Positions 57,861-64,000 of a DNA stretch of 64,000 nucleotides are shown here, piece after piece. The translations under genes were made by a program, and so were the position numbers. The notes below the pieces were generated by a model. It worked only from the letters and a program-made list of their open reading frames with translations. It was not told where the DNA came from and did no database searches. The DNA is from an uncultured virus (IMG/VR IMGVR_UViG_2671180842_000001) (lineage: Duplodnaviria; Heunggongvirae; Uroviricota; Caudoviricetes), in IMG/VR virus record IMGVR_UViG_2671180842_000001; one strand, written 5' to 3'. The stretch's first letter is position 1, and each line of letters opens with the position of its first letter.

Positions 57861-59506
57861 CATACATTGAAGAGTATTATCAAAAAATATTAAGTGGAGA
57901 AATAATTGCTTGTAGCAGGATTAAGCAGGTATATAAAAAACTTGTTCAAGACTTATATAATCCAAAGGATAATTGGGTGTTTGATGAAGAACTTGCGAAT
58001 AGACCTATCGAGTTTATAGAGACGTTTTGCAAACAAGCACAAGGGAAATTAGGGGAGCCTTTGAGGCTTGAATTATTTCAGAAAGCTAAACATCAAGCTG
58101 TGTTCGGTTTTGTTGATAAAGAGACTGGGTTTAGAAAATATCAAGAAGTACTTGATATTCGAGGTCGTAAAAATGGTAAGACTACAGAATTGGCAGCAGA
58201 TGAATTATTTATGTTAATTGCAGACAATGAAGGGTCGCCAGAGGTTTACAATATAGCAACTAAATATGAGCAAGCACAAAAAGGGTTTAAAGAGTGCTAT
58301 AAAATGGTACAGCAATCTAAAATTTTATCTAAGCATATTAAAAAAAGAAAGTCAGACCTCTATTTCCATGCTAATTATGGTTTTTTGCAGGCACTCGCAA
58401 GCAATAGTAATGGACTTGATGGATTAAACTCACACATGGTAACAATAGATGAATTGGCAGCTATAAAAAACAGAGATATTTACGACTTAATGAAGCAATC
58501 TATGGGTGCAAGAAATCAACCTCTTTTAAACTGTATAACTACAAATGGTTTTGTCAGAGAGGGCATTTTTGATGCGCAATATGAGTATGCTTGCAATGTC
58601 TTGGATGGAAAAATAAAAGATGATAGGTTTATAGCTTTTATTTATGAGCTAGATGACAAAGATGAATGGGATAGAGAAGAATGTTGGATAAAAGCCAACC
58701 CAGGTTTAGGCACTATAAAAAAACTTGATTTTTTAAGAGATTGTGTTAATAAAGCTAAAACAGACCCAAGTTTTAAACCTACCGTTATGGTGAAAGATTT
58801 TAATATGAAAGAAAATTCTGCTACTGCTTGGTTGAGGTGGGATGAGTTAAACAATGAAACTAAATTTAATGTAGATGAAATGGGATTTAGATATGGCATA
58901 GGATGTTTTGATTTAGCTGAAACTACAGACCTTGCATCTGCTAAAGTTTTATTAAGGAAAAGACATGATGATAATATTTATACGCTTTCTATGTATTGGG
59001 TTCCGTCTGAACGATTAGAGCAAAAAGTTGATGAAGATAAAATTCCATACGATTTGTGGGAAAAACAAGGTTTGTTAAGGGTATGTGAGGGAAATAAAAT
59101 AAATCCATACGACATTTTATTATGGTTTAGAGAAATTAGGGAAGAATACGATATTTATATTTCTTGGATTGGATACGACCCTTGGCATGTTGATTCAAGT
59201 TTACTTTTAGCTTATGAAAATGAGTTCGGAAAGGATGCAATGATTAAAGTTAGGCAAGGAGTTTATACACTATCAGCTCCTATGAAGGAGCTACGGGCAG
59301 ATTTAAAAGCTAATAAAGTTATTTATAATAATAACCCTATCGATAAATGGTGTCTTAGCAATATAGAAATAAAAACAGATATAAATGGAAATATACAGCC
59401 AATAAAAGGTATGGACAGAAGACGACGCATTGATGGAGGTGTCACTTTAATTATAGGCTATGTTGTTCTAAAAGAAAAAATGTCAGAATATGAAAACATG
59501 ATTTAA
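57857..59506 (+). CDS. terL: Terminase large subunit (Terminase_1 type, no intein)
   Basis: GRKNGKT, VTIDE, WIKANPGLG, DLAETTDL, RIDG. Confidence 0.93.
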   Translation: MTYIEEYYQKILSGEIIACSRIKQVYKKLVQDLYNPKDNWVFDEELANRPIEFIETFCKQAQGKLGEPLRLELFQKAKHQAVFGFVDKETGFRKYQEVLDIRGRKNGKTTELAADELFMLIADNEGSPEVYNIATKYEQAQKGFKECYKMVQQSKILSKHIKKRKSDLYFHANYGFLQALASNSNGLDGLNSHMVTIDELAAIKNRDIYDLMKQSMGARNQPLLNCITTNGFVREGIFDAQYEYACNVLDGKIKDDRFIAFIYELDDKDEWDREECWIKANPGLGTIKKLDFLRDCVNKAKTDPSFKPTVMVKDFNMKENSATAWLRWDELNNETKFNVDEMGFRYGIGCFDLAETTDLASAKVLLRKRHDDNIYTLSMYWVPSERLEQKVDEDKIPYDLWEKQGLLRVCEGNKINPYDILLWFREIREEYDIYISWIGYDPWHVDSSLLLAYENEFGKDAMIKVRQGVYTLSAPMKELRADLKANKVIYNNNPIDKWCLSNIEIKTDINGNIQPIKGMDRRRRIDGGVTLIIGYVVLKEKMSEYENMI

Positions 59507-59521
59507 GTAAGGGGGTGAAAA

Positions 59522-60676
59522 ATGAACATATTTAAATCTAAGAAGAAAAATAAAGAAGCTCCTGAAAGAATTGTAATGGAACTCATTTCAGATTTGGGAA
59601 ACGGGTTTTATAGTTGGCATGGCAATTTATATAGAAGCGATATTGTAAGAAGTATTATACGACCGAAGGCTAAAGCTGTTGGGAAAATGGCAGCTAAACA
59701 TATTAGAAGTAATGAGACTGAATTTAAAACTAATCCAGAGCCTTACATTAAATTTTTGCTTGAAAATCCGAACCCATTTATGAGTGGGCAAATACTTCAA
59801 GAGAAGATGGTTACTCAATTAGAGCTTAATAGCAATGCTTTTGCTGTGATTATTAAAGATGATGATAATATACCAACTCAAATTTACCCTTTGAATGCTT
59901 TAAATTTTGAAGCTATTTATGAAGATAGAGTTTTGTTTTTAAAATTCTTACTTAGAAATGGAAAAGTAGTTACCTATCCATATTCGAACATAATCCATTT
60001 AAGAAAAGATTTTAACGAAAATGATTTATTTGGAACGCCTCCAACTAAAGTACTTAAAGCGCTTATGGAAGTTGTAAATACAACAGACCAGGGAGTCGTG
60101 AAGGCTATTAAAAACAGCAACACAATCAAATGGTTATTAAAATTTAAAACATCACTTCGACCTGACGATATTAAAAAAGAGGTCAAAGAGTTTGAAAAAA
60201 ATTACTTACAAATAGACTCGGAAGCAGGCGGAGCTGCCGCAACTGATTCAAAATATGATGCTGAACAGGTTAAAGCTGAGAGTTATGTTCCTAACGCCGC
60301 ACAGATGGACAAAACTACACAAAGATTATATTCGTTTTTTAATACAAATGAGAAAATAATTCAAAGTAAATATACCGAAGACGAATGGAATGCTTATTAT
60401 GAGTCTGAAATTGAGCCAGTAGGATTGCAACTATCTAAAGAATATACGCAAAAATTATTTACTAGAAAAGAAAGAAGTTTTGGAAATGAAATTATTTTTG
60501 AAGCTTCTAATTTACAGTATGCAAGTATGTCTACTAAATTGAATTTGGTTCAAATGGTTGATAGGGGTTCGCTTGCTCCGAACGAATGGCGTAAGATAAT
60601 GAACCTTTCGCCAATAGAGGGCGGAGACAAGCCAGTTCGCCGATTAGATACTGCTATTGTGGAAGGGGGTGATTAA
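59522..60676 (+). CDS. HK97-type portal protein
   Basis: LLENPNPFMSG; IIHLR; LAPNEWR. Confidence 0.9.
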   Translation: MNIFKSKKKNKEAPERIVMELISDLGNGFYSWHGNLYRSDIVRSIIRPKAKAVGKMAAKHIRSNETEFKTNPEPYIKFLLENPNPFMSGQILQEKMVTQLELNSNAFAVIIKDDDNIPTQIYPLNALNFEAIYEDRVLFLKFLLRNGKVVTYPYSNIIHLRKDFNENDLFGTPPTKVLKALMEVVNTTDQGVVKAIKNSNTIKWLLKFKTSLRPDDIKKEVKEFEKNYLQIDSEAGGAAATDSKYDAEQVKAESYVPNAAQMDKTTQRLYSFFNTNEKIIQSKYTEDEWNAYYESEIEPVGLQLSKEYTQKLFTRKERSFGNEIIFEASNLQYASMSTKLNLVQMVDRGSLAPNEWRKIMNLSPIEGGDKPVRRLDTAIVEGGD

Positions 60677-60681
60677 ATTAA

Positions 60682-61419
60682 ATGGCTAGTGATAATTTGA
60701 AAGAATTTTTAAAAGTTAAAAACTCTACAGAAACAAATGCAGATTTGTTTTTCTATGGTGATATTGTCTGTGATGAGTGGGATGCCTGGACAGAAGAAGA
60801 CCAGTATCCACTTGCAATAAAAGATTTTTTAGCACAAGAACAGGGAAAAGATTTAAATATTTATATCAATTCCGGTGGTGGTTCTGTATTTGCAGGTATG
60901 GCAATATATAATATGCTAAAAAGGCACGAAGGATTTAAAACTGTTTATGTAGATGGTATTGCAGCGAGTATTGCGAGTGTTATAGCTTTAGCAGGTGATA
61001 GAGTTGTAATCCCTCAAAATGCCTATTTTATGATTCATAAGCCTTGGATAGGTTTATGTGGTTCTTATAATTCAGATAAATTAATTAAGGCGGCAGAGGA
61101 TTTAGACAGAATAGAGGAAGGTATTTTAAATGTATATCAAGATAACTTAAAAGAAGAAATTGATATTGAAGAAATAAAAGAAAAGCTAAGTGAAGAAACT
61201 TGGTTTACTGGTAAAGAAGCATCAAATTATTTTAATTTTGAAGTTGATGAGAAAAAAGAGGTTGCTGCTTGCGTGAGCGATTATTTTGATAAGTATAATA
61301 AAGTACCTCATGCTTTAAAAAATAAAATAGATAAGACTAGTAATAAAAAAGAAAATAATAATAAAAAAAGAGTTCAACTGAAACTGAACTTGTTAAAATT
61401 AGGGGGTTTAAATGACTAG
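60682..61419 (+). CDS. ClpP-like prohead protease
   Basis: INSGGGSV, GIAASIASVI, FMIHKP, ETWF. Confidence 0.92.
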   Translation: MASDNLKEFLKVKNSTETNADLFFYGDIVCDEWDAWTEEDQYPLAIKDFLAQEQGKDLNIYINSGGGSVFAGMAIYNMLKRHEGFKTVYVDGIAASIASVIALAGDRVVIPQNAYFMIHKPWIGLCGSYNSDKLIKAAEDLDRIEEGILNVYQDNLKEEIDIEEIKEKLSEETWFTGKEASNYFNFEVDEKKEVAACVSDYFDKYNKVPHALKNKIDKTSNKKENNNKKRVQLKLNLLKLGGLND

Positions 61420-62680
61420 AGAAGAATATTTTAAGAAAAGACAAGAAATGATAGACGAGGCGCAAAAATTACTTGATGATGAAGTTGGGGAGGAAGGAAC
61501 AGGAGAAGAAAAAACGGAAGAAGCTGAAAAAATAGCTAATAAAATAAAAGCTTTAGACGAGGAATATGAAAGAAATGTAAAAGCTAGGGCGAATTTAAGA
61601 GCGTTGCAGGACGATTTTAAAGTCAACCCTACTATTTTTAATTTAACTAATAACAAAGGTAAAATAGAAGGTATAGAAGACACAACTGTTAAGGATAAAC
61701 AAGAACAATATAAAAATGCTTGGGCTAAAGATATGTTAGGAAAGCCGTTAAGTTCAGAAGAACAGGAAATATTTAATAGTATTAACGCAGAGTATAGAGC
61801 GGAAGTTCAAACAAGCGAAAATAATACTATTTTAATTCCTAAAACTGTAGCTTCGGGTATATGGAAAGAAATTGGTGACATGTATCCTTTGTTTGGGGAT
61901 GCTTCTCCAACTTTTGTAGCAGGTGATTTGACGATTATAGCGGAAGAAGACGGTGGTGATGATGCTGCGTGGTATGATGAAGAAACAGAAGTTAAAGAGG
62001 ACGGTTATAAACTAAAAGAAATAACTTTAAGAGGTTGTGAGCTTGCCAAGGATATAACTGTATCGTGGAAATTGAAAAAAATGAGTATTGATGAATTTGT
62101 TCCATATATAACTAGTCTTTTAGCTGAAAAAATGGGAGCAGCATTAGCAAAAGCTATTGTAGATGGAAAAGGAAAACCAGGGGAAAGTGATTCTTTTAAA
62201 CCCCAACCACTTGGAATAAAAACTGCTTTAGCAAAAGAAACTAGTAAGGCGCAAATAATAGAATATGTTGACAAGATAGCTTATACAGATATAACAAAAT
62301 TAATGGCTGTTTTGAAAAAATGGAGTAATGGAGCTTGTATTTATGCTAATAGTACGACGATATGGACGCAATTAGCGGAAATATTAGACACAACAGGAAA
62401 ACCGATTTTTATCCCTGATGCTGTAAATAGTGATGGGGTTGGAAGAATGTTTGGTAGAGCTGTTAAAATGGATGATAGCATGGCAGATGGCGAGATTCTT
62501 GCTGGAAATATAGCAAAAGGTTATGCGATAAATATAAATGAGAATGTAACTTTATATACAGATGAACATGTAAAAAGTAGAAAAACAGATTATTTAACTT
62601 ATTCATTAGTTGATGGCAATGTTATAAGTAATAAAGCTTTTGGTATGATAGTTAAAAAAACTAGTGCAGTTGCGAAGTAG
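61412..62680 (+). CDS. HK97-type major capsid protein
   Basis: N-terminal delta coiled coil, ILIPKTV, LDTTGKPIF. Confidence 0.9.
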   Translation: MTREEYFKKRQEMIDEAQKLLDDEVGEEGTGEEKTEEAEKIANKIKALDEEYERNVKARANLRALQDDFKVNPTIFNLTNNKGKIEGIEDTTVKDKQEQYKNAWAKDMLGKPLSSEEQEIFNSINAEYRAEVQTSENNTILIPKTVASGIWKEIGDMYPLFGDASPTFVAGDLTIIAEEDGGDDAAWYDEETEVKEDGYKLKEITLRGCELAKDITVSWKLKKMSIDEFVPYITSLLAEKMGAALAKAIVDGKGKPGESDSFKPQPLGIKTALAKETSKAQIIEYVDKIAYTDITKLMAVLKKWSNGACIYANSTTIWTQLAEILDTTGKPIFIPDAVNSDGVGRMFGRAVKMDDSMADGEILAGNIAKGYAININENVTLYTDEHVKSRKTDYLTYSLVDGNVISNKAFGMIVKKTSAVAK

Positions 62681-62689
62681 GTGTTTTGA

Positions 62690-62977
62690 ATGATTGTATC
62701 ATTAGAAGAAATAAAAGAATATTTGAGATTAGAGGCAGATTATAAAGAAGATGATAATCTGCTTTTGTCTTTTCTGAAAGCAGCAGAGGAGGATTTGGAA
62801 AATCGAACAGGAAAAGTTTTTAATGAAACTAACAAATCTGAACTTGTTAGTTTGTATGTAAAAATGTATGTTGCAGAGCAATATGAAAAAAGAGGTGCAA
62901 CAGAAAGTAATAGCGAAAAAGTTAGATTTGTTTTAGAAAGTATAATATCTCAAATTTCTATATGTAGTAGGTACTAA
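62690..62977 (+). CDS. Head-tail connector (HK97 gp6-like)
   Basis: SLEEIKEYLRL...DDNLL. Confidence 0.85.
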   Translation: MIVSLEEIKEYLRLEADYKEDDNLLLSFLKAAEEDLENRTGKVFNETNKSELVSLYVKMYVAEQYEKRGATESNSEKVRFVLESIISQISICSRY

Positions 62978-62978
62978 A

Positions 62979-63318
62979 ATGAATGTTGGAAAATTAACTC
63001 AGAGAATAGAAATACAAATTTATGGAGAAATTGAAAACGACATAGGAGAAATTACAAAAGGATGGTCTACGTATAAAAAAACTTTGGGCTAACAAATCGT
63101 TGCTTAGAAATAGTAATAATTATGTGTTAGATAAAGAAAATATAGAGTATTCTTACAGATTTAAAATAAGATATAGAACTGATATAACAGAAGCTATGAG
63201 AATAGTTTGTAATGATGTTGTCTATGATATAAAGCATGTAAATAATATAAAAGAGCTAAATAAATATGAAACAAATATTGATTGTATTCTTTATAAAGAA
63301 GGTGTTTACAATGAGTAG
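62979..63318 (+). CDS. Head closure protein (frameshift at an A run near 63078)
   Basis: MNVGKLTQRIEIQ...; RFKIRYRTDITEAMRI. Confidence 0.75.
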
Positions 63319-63727
63319 TAGTACAGATTTTAATACAAATGGTTTAGATGATTATACTAATAAGTTATTTAAGCGTATTGCAAAAGAATACCCCAAAAAA
63401 GCTGAAAAGCTTATGAATATCAGTTTAGGAAAATGCAAAGGAGAAGCTATTGCAAGAACTCCGAAGTCAGATAAAAAGCCTAAAAAATATAAAAGAGCTA
63501 AGCACATGAAAGATAATTGGAAAACTAAAGTGCAGTCTAAAAATGGGAATTTTGTAGGGGTTTTGAAAAATGATTCTCCACATGCACATCTAATAGAAAA
63601 TGGCTGGGTGACAAAAAATGGGGGATATGTTGAAGGAACACATATGTTGCAACAAACCATGGAGCATCAAAGGGTAAAAATCGATAAAAGAATAGAAAAA
63701 ATGGTTGACGAAACCTTTAATCTTTAG
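63311..63727 (+). CDS. HK97 gp10-family neck protein
   Basis: ARTP...NW...PHAHLIENG. Confidence 0.8.
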   Translation: MSSSTDFNTNGLDDYTNKLFKRIAKEYPKKAEKLMNISLGKCKGEAIARTPKSDKKPKKYKRAKHMKDNWKTKVQSKNGNFVGVLKNDSPHAHLIENGWVTKNGGYVEGTHMLQQTMEHQRVKIDKRIEKMVDETFNL

Positions 63728-63738
63728 AGGGGGTAAGA

Positions 63739-64000
63739 GTGTTAAAAATTGTTTCTGTAAAAAAAGCTATAGTTGAAAAGCTTAAGTCTTTAAATATAAA
63801 AACAGTAGCAAATGAAATAAGAAGCGGGTTTAAAAAACCTGCTTTTTTTATTCAAATTATTCCTATTGAAATGGCTAGCGACCCAAGTTTTTCAAATAGT
63901 ACATTACTTGTTAATATACATTATTTTTCTGAAGAAAAGACAGAGTTAGAAAATTTAAAAATGATTGATAAGCTTAATATATTATTTCAAGATTGTATTT
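63739..64000 (+). CDS. Tail terminator-like protein (3'-partial)
   Basis: GAGGGGG RBS, GTG start; KPAFFIQIIP resembles KSCFFVQILP in 27464-27916. Confidence 0.6.
   Translation, partial: MLKIVSVKKAIVEKLKSLNIKTVANEIRSGFKKPAFFIQIIPIEMASDPSFSNSTLLVNIHYFSEEKTELENLKMIDKLNILFQDCI

Larger units (their letters stand above)
44534..64000 (+). mobile_element. Prophage B, probable plasmid-prophage (phiMMP04/phiCDHM11-like small myovirus), continues past the window
   Basis: ParA, helicase-like Rep, second repressor, SSB, recombinase, HNH, second terminase, HK97 portal, ClpP and capsid. Confidence 0.8.

Overview
AT-rich window made entirely of Clostridioides difficile-type temperate phage DNA, with two phage genomes joined and no host genes between them. 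Phage A (1 to ~44.5 kb, phiC2/phiCD119/phiMMP-like myovirus) runs from the immunity region through ERF/DnaD/SSB replication, a C5 methyltransferase, RusA and an ArpU-like regulator, then an accessory island (structured RNA, GNAT toxin-antitoxin, Kiwa), terminase, SPP1-type head, Xkd-type contractile tail with a CRISPR mini-array and type I toxin moron, and lysis genes. Phage B (~44.5 kb to the end) looks like a plasmid-prophage: ParA partition, type I TA, DEDDh exonuclease, helicase-like Rep, repressor, tyrosine recombinase, HNH, terminase and an HK97-type head. The most unusual feature is a 329-aa intein in TerL of phage A whose HNH homing endonuclease is a separate gene with its own RBS, nested in another reading frame while the intein frame stays open. 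Other candidates are a dual-coded methyltransferase cassette between 66-bp direct repeats, a release-factor-like protein lacking GGQ, a tRNA-like structured RNA cluster and an antisense-controlled rep leader. Many genes are split at homopolymer runs, probably sequencing indels. All family calls come from motif recognition, not database searches.
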